64,000 nucleotides of DNA from Octopus sinensis (GCF_006345805.1 NC_043011.1:35724464-35788463); one strand, 5' to 3'; shown: positions 51,366 through 63,425, numbered from the stretch's first letter. Notes: generated from the sequence alone by a model not told the origin. Program-made: numbers and translations.

Positions 51366-54300
51366 ATGATCAAGATTGGTTGTGTAAATGCGCGTGGCTT
51401 GGGGTCCCATTGGAAACAAGGGTGCCTCTTAAATGACATAAAGTCACATAAGTTAGAAATCATATCCATAAGTGAGACCAGACTCCACAATCCGCGGGCC
51501 CTAAAGACCATGTTTGGCGGACAGTTAATTTATTTTCCCCTCTGTCTGCCAAGAATGGGCGGTAGTGGCACCGCGGTACTTTTTCGCAAGAGTCTGGATC
51601 TCAAAGTAAAGACAACATTCTTAGACCCGGAGGGTAGACTGGTCGTCCTGGATGTCGACGGCAGCAATGGGTGCGCTTTTCGACTCGTATCAGTTTACGC
51701 ACCGCCCTTAACAGGTCGGGCGGATTTCTTTCAACGACTAGAAGTATTCTTGGGAACGTCTCGTCCTTTACTCTTAGTGGGGGATTGGAATGCTACCTTG
51801 GACACGCATGTAGACTACGTGGGTAGAGATAGGAATAGACGGGGATGCAAATGCCTCAGAGACCTGCTCAAACGCTTTCAACTGTCTGACAGGTTCCGAC
51901 TAGACCACCCGAATGCGCCAACGTTGACATGGAGCAACCGCATCGCGTCATCGAGATCGTATCTAGATAGTATACTGTGTAGGACAGTAGATAGAGATAG
52001 CATAGGAAGTCCACAATTCCACATAGTCAGCTACACGGATCACAAACTTGTGACATGTACGCTAGACTTAGGTAAGACACTTAGGCAGGGTCCCGGATAC
52101 TGGAAACTAAACGCGTCTTTCCCATCGAGACAGGTTTTCAGAGACCGGATTAGCACACTAGTAAAGAGGGCTTTGACGGGAGCCATCATCAACAACAAAT
52201 GGTGGTTTGCCCTCAAGAGAGCAGTAAAAGCAGAAGCGATTAGGTACAGCAAAGCACTAGCCATAGATAGAAATAGAGTAGAGGGTGAGCTAGTAAGAAG
52301 CTAGAAGAGGCAATTAAAAGCGGCATCGCATCCGACGTTTTGGCGGCGAGGTTGGCCCTCGACCAACACTTCAACGCCAAACACGAAGGGTGTGCTGTTA
52401 GAGCTAGGATGCGTGCTCTAAGGAACGAAGGTGTTGGAGCCGCGAGAGAGGCTCGGGTGGCAGAAGCGCAACAGGGCAACAAAGCCACCATTCGGTCTCT
52501 GGTAGATGAACAGGGGCGCGAATTGATTGAGCGAAGTAAAATGTGTGAGGCCTTTCAACAGAATTTTCCCAACTGTTCGGGACGAGTGGCGGGCAAGAAC
52601 GTAGGGTGGACTTCAGTGCCTACCTACACAGCCTACCATGACTCTCGACAAGAGAGGCAGGGTGAGCGAAGGTGCCATCACGGCGGCGGAAGTGCAGGAC
52701 GCGATGGCAGAATGCTCGAGGGACAAATCGCCGGGTTTGGATGGTCTACCCTACGAGCTTTATAGTTGTATGCCAGACTTGTTTGGAGACGTCTTGGCAG
52801 CGGTGTACTGCAACTGGCAGCAAAACGGGAGCATTCCTGGTTTTGTGAGCTGAGGAGCCGTAACACTGCTGAAGAAAGTTCTAAACAAGGGAAATGTAAT
52901 AGATAACTTTAGGCCCATCACTCTGCTTAATGCAGACTTGAAAAATTTGGCCAAGGCGTTAGCCAAGAGGTTGGCGCTTGTCATCGAGAAACTGGTCGAC
53001 AAGGCGCAAACGTACGCCGTGCCGGGCCGGACCATCCATGACAACCTCCACCTGATGCGCTACATCATAGACAGGGTAGTTAACGAACATGGCATGGGTG
53101 GGGCGCTGATCAACTTGGATCAATTGAAAGCTTTCGATAGGGTAGACCATCGATTCTTGGAGGCAGTCCTCAGAGCGGCTGGCTTCGGTCCCGTCTTCCG
53201 CGGGTGGATAGCCGCTTTGTACAGAGGCATCCGTTCGGTAATTCGCGTAAATGGACATCTATCGAGACCTTTCGACATCGCACGTTCGGTCCGTCAGGGA
53301 TGCCCCCTCTCGTCGCTTCTATACGTATTGACTCTCGAGCCACTATTGCGGAAGCTGGCAACTCTGAGGGGCATCCCGCGAGAACTGGAATGCGGGACGA
53401 GTGTGTCTGCATACGCGGACGACGTCACCGTCATAGTGTCTAGCCACGAGCACATCGAGCAGGTCGGCGAGACACTGAAAAACTACGAAGCGGTGACAGG
53501 AGCAAAAATCAACCGGGAAAAGTCAGTGGGCTTGCGACTAGGCACCTGGAGAAGCAAGCCCATGTCGTCCACCAGCGCCTCCGTTGTGGGACGCTGGACC
53601 GACGGTCCGGTCGAGTTGCTCGGGGTCTGGTTTGGTCCGGACCTCCAAATGGAGAAGAACTGGAACGAGATAACGAGTAGGGTGGTCACTCTCGCCCGGC
53701 AATGGGCCGAGAGGAAACTGTCCCTAAGAGGTCGGGCGGTGGTGGCGAACACGTACATCGCGTCCGTCATCTACTACCGTCTGACCTTCATGCCTTGTCA
53801 CGGCCCTACCATCACCAAACTAGAGCGCATTCTCTTTCGCTTCTTGTGGAAAGGATGCGTCCCGATGGTCAGGCGATCCATTTGCTGTCAACACCCGTTA
53901 AAAGGAGGACTGGGCATGCCGTGGTTAATGATGCGCAGACACGCGCTGAGACTGCGACATCTCAGGCTATTCGTAGACGACGGTGAACAGGTGTGGTCGC
54001 CGTTTGTGAGGCACGCTTTCCCGCAGCTCGTCTCCATGACCGAACGGCAATCGTGGATCAAAAAGAGGCCGAGGAAGGGCGAATGGCACCGCGAGTGTCG
54101 CGTTGCTCTCAAGCAACTCTGCCGTCCTGGGTCAACCTTGAGTGACTCCATCACAACCAAAGCATTCTATAGGGGATTAGTGGAGGGGAGGTACGACGAC
54201 GAGCTCGGGGCGAACCTGGACGTCGACGAGGAATACCTGACCCGCCTGTTCGGGACGACTTTCGGGCCAGGGCCCATGGACAACTTCCAGAGATCCCTGG

Positions 54301-54786
54301 CCTGGCAGTGCTACCGAGAAGAGCTACCCGTTCGGGATAAGCTCTACAGACACGGCTCGAGAAACACGGGGCCGACCTGCCCGAGATGCGGTCAGAGCGA
54401 CGAAACCGTTCTGCACGCACTCGTGCAGTGTCCAACAATTTCCGACCTGTCGAACAACTGCTGTCACATGTGGGACGAGTCGGTTTATCAGCTGAGTCTA
54501 TCGTCAATATTGTCACGCCTCCTTCCTTCAAACGGGAAGGAAGAGCTATTTTCATCATCCTTGTGGCTATGGCGAAAGAATGTATCTGGTGGACGCGTCT
54601 GAAAGGATTGGAGACAAACACTTTCCTCTCTGGTCAACCTCTCATCAACTTCTTCAAGTACCACTTGAAAAGGAAAGTGAGAGGAGAGAGGCAATTTTGT
54701 CTAGCGAATGTTTAAAAAAAGATAGGTGAATGTAGCAAGGATGGCATGTATGAATGACGAAGCCACCATCAGCATAATCTTATGAA
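51366..54786 (+). pseudogene. LINE ORF2: AP endonuclease, reverse transcriptase, C-terminal zinc finger; disrupted
   Basis: NARGL, SET, GDWN, TDH; KSPGLDG, KAFDRVDH, RQGCPLS, YADD; CPRC...HALVQC. Confidence 0.93.
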
Positions 54787-55226
54787 CCCAGAAATTGAAA
54801 ACAGAGGGTTGCCCACTTGCAAACAAATGTGGTAACATATAACAATATTGACCAAGGTTACCGTGGTCTTTTTCGTAGGCTTTTCTTCCCACGGATAAAC
54901 CTTACTTGCTTTCCCCTTTACACGATACATCATGACACTGTGATACACGATCCCTATTGATCGTTTTTTTTCCTCTTCCCCTTTTTTCCCTCTTTTTTCT
55001 TCTTTTTTCCTTTTTCTTTTCTTTTGTTCCTTTTCCTTTTTTTCTTTTTCTCTTTTCTTTTTTTTGTTCTTTTTTCTCTTTAACGATCCCTCTTGATCGA
55101 AAACCTACGCCACCTTTTCCTTTTTTTTGTTTCTTTTGTTTTTTGTTTTTTTCATCCCCCAAAAGAAAAGCTCTACCTTGTAACTTGTCCCATCTGTGTG
55201 CAGCCCTGTGTGGCCAATAAAGAAAC

Positions 55227-55265
<39 letters not shown>

Positions 55266-55691
55266 CACGTGTGTATATATGTATGTATGTACACAAATAT
55301 GCTACACACACACATACATATCTGCATATGTGGACGAATGGGTCGATGAATAGATAGCACGATCATATGAAAGGCATTTCTCGATGAGAACCAAATAGAT
55401 AATGAGAGTATTTGCTTTCAGCTGCATTAACACACGCATGTAAATCTATCTTATCCTGGTCTACAGTCTCCACATGCTTCAGAGAAAATTTATAGTTCTA
55501 AGTGTATTTCAGTAAAAGTTTTCTTTCTACAGCCATGCTATTCTAAAACACACGCACACAAAAAAAAAATTAGCACACTATATACGTGAGTGTATGTAAG
55601 TGTGTGTGTGTGTATTTGTGCGTCTGCGCCTGTGTCTATTCCCATAACGATTAGCAACCAGTGTTGGTTTGTTTACATCCCTGATCCGGTA

Positions 55692-56077
55692 TAAGGCGGC
55701 GAGCTGGCAGAAACGTTAGCACGCTGGGCGAAAAGCTATGCAGTATTTCGTCTGCCGCTACGTTCTGAGTTCAATTTCCGCCGAGGTCGACTTTGCCTTT
55801 CATCCTTTCGGATGCACTGGGGTCGATATAATCGACTTAATCCATTTGTCTGTCTTTGTTTGTCCTGTCTGTGTTTAGCCCCTTGTGGGTAGTAAAGAAA
55901 TAGGTATAAGTCGATTAGATCGACTCCAGTGCGCAACTGGTACTTAATTTTTCGACCCCGAAAGGTTGAAAGACAAAGTCGACTTCGGTGGAATTTGAAC
56001 TCGGGACGTAACGGCAGACGAAATACGGTTACGCATTTCGCCCGGCGTGCTAACGTTTCTGCCAGCTCGCCGCCTTA
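55692..56077. mobile_element. Two SINE C copies tail-to-tail
   Basis: 55692-55903 (+) and 55908-56077 (-). Confidence 0.8.
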
Positions 56078-56824
56078 CAAAAACAAAACAATCGAACAAA
56101 ACAGGTTTACAAACATTGAAAAGGAATATATTAAAAAAAACAAAAAAAAAAAAGAAGAAAAAAAGCAAGAAAGATTTCATTCATAGAAAATAATTCTACT
56201 GACTTGATCTCTGATTGGGGATTATGCACATTCATCATCATTAGAAGCTTATTAGGTAAAAACTAATCCACTAAAACTGTCAAGTTGTGGAAGTGGAATG
56301 AGTGCATATTTTGTAAGAGCGTGCTTTTCTTGTCATCGGAGCCTTTTCTACTGTTTAATATAATTTGGATTTCTATTTCTAAACTGTTTATAATTACGTT
56401 TACAGTTCGCTACGAAATAACGAGTTTTTTTCTAGTTTTGTTTCTCGGATTTCTCTTCAGCGAAGAAAGTGTCGGTTCCTATTCTAGAAGCAAAACTATT
56501 TTAGTGGAATTAAAAAAAAAAAACCCATCAATGGCGTGTTTATGCATGTATATGTATACACATGTGAAACTAGCTTTTGCAATTTTTTTTCCTGGCTCTC
56601 TTTGTTTTCTTTCTTTCCTCTTCCTTCTTTCCTCTTCCTTCTCTTCCTACTCTCTCCTGGTCTTTCCCATAGAATCTGACGAAAGACAATGTCTGAAGCG
56701 TTGTACATTTTTTCTATAACTGTTTTCCTTCTCTAAGTTTCGATCCCCACGTTCAAAATTACAGGCCTTGTGTCTATAAATTATTTACATTTGACGGATA
56801 TTTGTCCTCATCTTGTTTGTTGTT

Positions 56825-56870
56825 AACACAACGTTTCGGCTGATATACCCTCCAGCCTTCATTAGGTGTC
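56825..56870 (-). ncRNA. Hammerhead motif, left arm (G5A)
   Basis: gacac CTAATGA a ggctg-gagggtatat-cagcc GAAA cg TT gtgtt. Confidence 0.7.
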
Positions 56871-56993
56871 TTGCAGAAATTTTGAACCTGGGTTTTCATT
56901 CCTAAGGTATTTTTCGATGTTATCATCATCATTATTGTTATTATTATTATTATTATTATCATTATTATTATTGTTGTTGTTGTTGTTGTTGTT

Positions 56994-57068
56994 CAGGTCA
57001 CTGCTTGGAATCGAACTCGGAATCTTGGGGGTTAGTAGCCCGCGCTCTTAACCACTGCGCCATATGCC
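56994..57068 (-). promoter_or_regulatory. tRNA-derived Pol III internal promoter (not a functional tRNA)
   Basis: A box TGGCGCAGTGG, B box GAGTTCGATTCC; acceptor stem does not pair. Confidence 0.75.
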
Positions 57069-57197
57069 TGTGGGCATACTAACGCCAAGATTACGAGTTC
57101 GATTCCAAGCAGTGACATGGACACTAATAATAATAATAATAATAATAACATCGAAAAATACCTTAGGAGTGAGAACCCAGTTTCGAAATTTCCGCAA

Positions 57198-57244
57198 GAC
57201 ACCTGAAGAAGGCTTGGGGGCTAAATTAACCAAAATGTTGTATT
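57198..57244 (+). ncRNA. Hammerhead motif, right arm (decayed)
   Basis: gacac CTGAAGA a ggct...aacc AAAA tg TT gtatt. Confidence 0.5.
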
Positions 57245-58094
57245 AACAACAAACAAGATGAGGACGAATATCCGTCAAATGTAAATAATGTAAATAATTT
57301 ACAGAATTCCTCATCTCTTAAATATAGAACTTGTGTCTATGTTAGTGAATAAGTTCAAGGTTTTTCAAAGGTTTTCAAACCGTGAACATCAACTTCGTCT
57401 CCATACTAATTTTTATCTTGTCTAATATAACCATTCAATTTCTTTTAAGGATTTGAAAGGGCTTTGGCATCTTCTTACAGCAGATCGCACAATAGCATAG
57501 AGGATCCATTGTTGGCACTTGAAGGTTGTTTGTTTTTTTTTGTCCCACTGTAATATTTGCAGTCTGTTTAATGGGTTGATAAAGGAACGATAAAAAAAAA
57601 CGCAGCATGTGAGCGTGCTCTTCTGTATAAATACGTAAAAAGAAAGCATTTTGAAAACACCGTGCTTCTGAAACAAATAAATGGATAAACTTGACCATAA
57701 ACTAAGACATATTGAATAATGAGGTCTTAGATAACAATACCCCACTAAGCAAAATAAGAAGGTAATAGCTGGAACGCCTTTAACTGGCACTCTTTTCAAT
57801 CAGGGCTGAAGGCCAGCTGATCAACATCAACCATTACTGTTGAATTGTATGAATATATATGATGATACTTAAGGCGTATAATATATTTGGGCCATTCACG
57901 AGGTAATTTCATGCATTTCATTGTATGTATTTTCGTGTGTATATTTGTGTATGTGTATGAGAATTTGTGTTTGTGTGGCGTCGATATACGTTTAGAAATA
58001 TTTTTAATGCATACGTATAGTGGTTAATATGTGTATATGATTGAATGGAATGTAAAATGGCCGAATGAATCAGGGTATTAAACTAGTTGCCTAC

Positions 58095-58180
58095 GCCTGT
58101 AGTGTTTATATCAACTCCATGAAAGACATTTAACACTTCACGCTTTAGCTCAGTCGGGCGTAGAGAATAACTTTCCATAT
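58095..58180 (-). CDS. Candidate host exon (DMESYSLRPTELKREVLNVFHGVDINTTG)
   Basis: tctttcttaaag acceptor; phase-1 start compatible with 61893-62012; donor uncertain. Confidence 0.4.
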
Positions 58181-58362
58181 CTTTAAGAAAGATACTTGTG
58201 AGGGATTGGTATTTCTAAACACACATAGAATCGGTAGATCCATTCAATAAGCATAGAGAAGAGATAAACACAGACACACAAATATATTCATACATACATG
58301 CATACATACATACATACATACATATATACATACATACATACACACACACACACAATACACAT

Positions 58363-58400
<38 letters not shown>

Positions 58401-58640
58401 GTATATTTGGAGAGAAGATTTTTTCTCAGGGAGTTAAGATTGAGAAAAGAGCCTTCAGAACTGAAAGCGCTTGCACGTCTATGAAGCAAAAGCGACACAC
58501 ATTTTGTGAAATCTCTTCCCAAACGTTAGTCTTTCGACTTTCTAAAAAGGCTCTTTCCTCAATCTTTGAGAAAAAATCTCTCCAAATATTATAACTGTAT
58601 CAAGGAATTTCAAAACACTCCGAATATATATATATATATG

Positions 58641-58718
<78 letters not shown>

Positions 58719-58759
58719 ATAAATGACCAAAGTGTACGTACGTCGCTATATTATATATA

Positions 58760-58977
58760 TAATACAAAATGGGACAAGAACGCAAAATATCCGGACAGGT
58801 GATACAAAAATGGAACAACAAAACATCCAGATAGACGATACAAAGAAAAGAAGTACGGGTCATTCGAAGTTTTTTTCCTCAGTCAAGTACCAGATTATCT
58901 TCGCAATTTCGGCTGATTACACTTGAGATTGCTCCAATCTGGCCATCCCCAAGGAAAAACTAAGCTATGAGCATTAG
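58760..58977 (-). repeat. Second copy of the structured repeat at 5816-5990
   Basis: Sequence homology; flanked by (TA)n. Confidence 0.75.
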
Positions 58978-58985
58978 TATATATA

Positions 58986-59021
<36 letters not shown>

Positions 59022-59029
59022 TGTATGTA

Positions 59030-59071
<42 letters not shown>

Positions 59072-60331
59072 CGATGGACATCTTTTAGATTCCGCCTACC
59101 AAATTCATTCACAAGATGGGTGCCCAAGTTGCCAGAATGACTTAGATCATCAGTCACTTTGACTGAGATTGTCATAAATTTAACAACACCTAATACAACA
59201 AGGTACATGCCATAATACCATTGACGAAGGAGCGTTTACTAACTGGCGCAGCCTACTAGAAACATCAGTCAGGTCTGCATCATTTCATATATATTCTTTA
59301 TAATAAATATTTAAGAAAGCATTCGAGAATGTTGACCTGAACAGGCTGCATTCACACACACACACACAAAAGAAGAAGATAGGTGGAACGCCATTGATTA
59401 GAGGCCTCTTCGATCATGTCTGACCTGCGGTTAAACTTCAAAACCAACAACAACAATGAAGATAAGGCTAATGATGCTAAATTGCAGCCTTCATTAAAAC
59501 AACTTTTTAATGAAGGCGACAGTTTTAATGAAAACGGCAACAATAAAATTTAAACAAGAAAGTGAACGAGATCCTCCCATCCCCCATACACTTCCTTTTC
59601 ACACGCTATTAGTCGGTTTTTCTTTCTGACCCTACCCTGCGTTTTTCACTTATCATATTTTCTACATAATGACGCGACGCTTATGTGAAACATTATCCAA
59701 AAATAGCAATTTAACTAGAAGATTGTTCTAATTATTTTAACGATACAATTTTCTTTCTCTCTGAAGTACATTTATTTATTTTTACATTATCGTTCTTGAA
59801 TATAGGACATAGAACATTTTATATAATTATAAATGTGATTGAAAGAAATTCAGAGGAAGAAATACTCTCAGATAAATGAAAACACATACGGGCACACACA
59901 CACACACACAAATACACATACACACACACATACATACGTATATACACACAAATGTTTATGGAAAATAACTCTTCCTTGATGTATGTCTATTTTACACATT
60001 CGCAGACAATACAGCAAACACAAACACATACACGCATACACACACACACACACACACACAACACACATACTTACACACACACAAAATGTCTGGATATAAT
60101 CAAGATGGGTGAAATTTTACTCATATATATCTTCAAAAGAATACATTTAATTAGCGCTCACTCACACTCTCACACATTGCACAAATACTGCGTTGAGGTA
60201 CATATATATATATACCTAAGCATCTATGAGTGTATATATTTGGTGTGTGTGCCTATATATGCATGTGTACAAATAATATATATATATGTGTCTATATTAT
60301 ATAATATGAATATATGATAATTATTTATAAT

Positions 60332-60364
<33 letters not shown>

Positions 60365-60413
60365 GAGTATTGACACCATTAATAAGCAACCTCCTGTAAT
60401 ATATGGACAGACG

Positions 60414-60910
60414 AAGGCGGCGAGCTGGCAGAAACGTTAGCAAGCAGGGCGAAATGCTTAGCCGTATTTCGTCTGTCTTTACGTTCTGAGTTCAAATTCC
60501 GCCGAGGTCGACTTTGCCTTTCATCCTTTCGGGGTCGATGTAATCGACTTAATCCATTTGTCTGTCCTTGTTTGTCCCCTCTACGTTTAGCCCCTTGTGG
60601 GTAATAAAAAAATAGGTATTTCGTCTGCCGTTACGTTCTGAGTTCAAATTCCGCTGAGGTCGACTTTGCCTTTCATCCTTTCGGGGTCGATTAAATAAGT
60701 ACCAGTTACGCACTGAGGTCGATATAATCGACTTAATCCCTTTGTCTGTCCTCTCTGTGTTTAGCCCCTTGTTGGTAGTAAAGAAATAGGTATTTCATCT
60801 GCCTTTCATCCTTTCAGGGTCAATAAATTAAGTACCAGTTGCATTCTGGGGTCGATCTAGTCGACTGGCCCCTTCCCACAAAATTTCGGGTTTTGTGCCT
60901 AGAGTAGAAA
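60414..60910 (+). mobile_element. SINE family C trimer
   Basis: A tail, A tail, B tail. Confidence 0.85.
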
Positions 60911-61287
60911 ATAATATGTGAACGAAGTGAATGGCAAATAAAGAGCAGAACTCCAATAATATCAGCTAATACATAAACAAAAAATGTAGTGCCAATATAG
61001 TTAGGAATAGATCTTATCTTCGAAGCTCACAAACTGGTATTATTTCATTTATCTCCCTTGACAGCTCTTCTCTTTATATATTTTAAACGCCTATAGAACG
61101 AATATGTTTTTGTCTTCTAATTGCCAAGATAATAAATATAGCTTAATCAAAATTTTAAGCTCAATTTATTATATATATAAAATTTTAGTGCAGCTGTATT
61201 CACTCACCATGGCGACAAGCATCTCTCACTCGTGTGGTTGGTATTCGTAATTAGTGTTATAGTCTTTCTATTATTTATAGAAAGACA

Positions 61288-61850
61288 AAGGCTACGAGCT
61301 GGCAGAAACGTTAACACGCCGGGCGAAATGCTTAGCGGTATTTCGTCTTTCGTCTGCCATTACGTTCTGAGTTCAAATTCCGCCGAGGTCGACTTTGCCT
61401 CTCATCCTTTCGGGGTCGATTAAATAAGTACCAGTTACGGACTGGGGTCGATATAATCGACTTAATCCGTTTGTCTGTCCTTGTTTGTTCTCTCTGTGTT
61501 TAGCTCCTTGTGGGTAGTAAAGAAATAGGTATTTCGTCTGCCGTTACGTTCGGAGTTCAAATTCCGCCGAGGTTGACTTTGCCTTTCATCCTTTCGGGGT
61601 CGATTAAATAAGTACCAGCTACGCGCTGGGGTCGATATAATCGACTTAATCCGTTTGTCTGTCCTTGTTTGTTCTCTCTGAGGTTTAGCCCCTTGTGAGT
61701 AGTAAAGAAATAGGCATTTCGTCTGTTTTTACGTTGTTAGTTCAAATTCCGCCGAGGTCGACTTTGCCTTTCATCCTTTCGCGATCGATAAATTAAGTAC
61801 CTGTTGCGTACTGCGGTCGATCTAATTGACTGGGCCTTCCCCCAAATTTC
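61288..61850 (+). mobile_element. SINE family C trimer
   Basis: A tail, A tail, truncated B tail. Confidence 0.85.
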
Positions 61851-61892
61851 GATATTGCAAACATGCATTTCATTTGTGTATTTTGTTGGTAC

Positions 61893-62012
61893 CTACATTT
61901 TCACTTCTGCTTATAGAAGAATGGAACTTTGTTTCGCCTTCTAAAGCAAAATTTACAGTATCTCCACCTCTTATAACGATAGGGATAGTGTGCTTTCGTA
62001 AAATCCTTTCAT
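61893..62012 (-). CDS. Candidate host exon, phase 1-1 (ERILRKHTIPIVIRGGDTVNFALEGETKFHSSISRSENV)
   Basis: tctacatctag acceptor, tag|gtacc donor, 120-nt open frame. Confidence 0.45.
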
Positions 62013-62964
62013 CTAGATGTAGATAATGGTAACCACGGCGAATATTAAGCTTAAATTTGACACAATTTAAATAGACGCTTAATTAACCCTATACTTGTTC
62101 CTTTATAAATTTAAATGCATAACTGCGCACGTATTTACATCACATTATCAGTACAACTTTGAACAGTTTATGATGGACAATTCATTTAGCTATCGAAAAT
62201 ATACGCCATTCTATGAACTATAAAATATAATTACAATATGTACCACTTGATTCCCTATGCTGTCGAATACATTAAAATGTTAAATCATTTACAGTTATTC
62301 CTCAGAGAGTATTTGTAAGTACACATTTCGCAGTTCTATGAAATTAGTTCTTCAATTGATAAATTTCCGGGCACTACAATCGCAAAATGGCTTAGTGATC
62401 AGTTCTTATTATTACGTACCGAACTCGCAGTTATTTACCGAGAATAACATAAACGGTGGTGACATGTCACGAAATAAACAGACAAACTTCTAGTAAATGC
62501 CTAAATTATTTTTAATGTAAATTTAACAAAATTAGCAGTTGAATGATGGGGGTGGAAGTCCAAGGTAAATCCCTAACAATTAGGCACGGTCTAAATCTCT
62601 GTATCTACCGTATAAGCCATAAAAAGCCACATGGTCTCTCGTGTAATAGAAATAGAAGTAAAATCTTTTTCGAATAACATCCTACCGTTTTAAGAATAAA
62701 GGAAAGATACACTGGATAACAAATGTAGTACTTGAAGAGGGGGAAGGTGACATTACAGTTATAGAAAACAAGAAAAGAAGGTGATAAATGTATAGATATA
62801 TACGAGAGAAGAAACGGCTGGGACAGTATAAATATGCTATAGAAAAGTGGTGTTGGAAACTACGTATATATATAGGGAGAGTTTATGAAAAAAACAAAAG
62901 ACGAAGACAGGTGGTGTACAAAACAAACAGATGTATTAGTATAACGCTCAGGAATAGAAAAAGT

Positions 62965-63000
62965 CTTTTACGTTTCGAGCCTACGCTCTTCTACAGAAAG
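62965..63000 (-). ncRNA. Minimal hammerhead-like motif, core CUGUAGA
   Basis: cttt CTGTAGA a gagc-gtag-gctc GAAA cg TA aaag; in repeat 62890-63075. Confidence 0.65.
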
Positions 63001-63208
63001 GGACACAGAAAAAACAAGGAGAGAAACAAGGAGAGGAAAAAATGTGTGTAGTGGCTAACGATCTATCATGGCGATGTTGAGGTGTATTCCGTTAAGAACG
63101 TATTAGAGTACAAAATAAAGCTCGTTGTATCGAAACATGTGTAGTGGTCATTAAACAGCTGTCGAATCGTACTCCCTCTTAGTTTTGACTAAATTTATTG
63201 TTTCTTTT

Positions 63209-63276
<68 letters not shown>

Positions 63277-63425
63277 TTTGTACTCATGGGTATATGTCGA
63301 TTAGCGTGTTAATGTGTTGAGTAAAGCACTGGCACTGTTTGGGCTACCTAGTGACATCCGCAGCTGGAATATATTTCCGTTGGATCTACTTCAGGATTTC
63401 TGCAGTGTTAGTGTCAGTCGAAATA

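Larger units (their letters stand above)
49167..55226 (+). mobile_element. Near full-length Tx1/L1-clade non-LTR retrotransposon inserted in (TATC)n
   Basis: 5' UTR, ORF1, ORF2 (APE-RT-zinc finger), pyrimidine-rich 3' UTR, aataaa end; (TATC)n on both sides. Confidence 0.92.
56778..57329. mobile_element. Palindromic tRNA-head + (AAT)n + hammerhead element
   Basis: Inverted arms about a centre at ~57070; 11-bp TSD cttgtgtctat (56767-77, 57330-40). Confidence 0.85.

Noticed and set aside
56671-56704. CTGACGA-agac-aat-gtct-GAAG cg TT motif as a listed feature
   Set aside because: Good stem II but GAAG and poor stem I; counted only as a weak remnant
56994-57068. tRNA gene
   Set aside because: Acceptor stem does not pair and it is embedded in a repeat; SINE-type head only
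1748-60317. Many YI/HT/CV/LSIY-rich ORFs in the ORF track
   Set aside because: Translations of microsatellites; no coding signal
3497-61850. Repeat-spacer appearance of SINE C arrays as CRISPR-like
   Set aside because: Units are ~150-200 bp with no unique spacers; eukaryotic context; no cas genes
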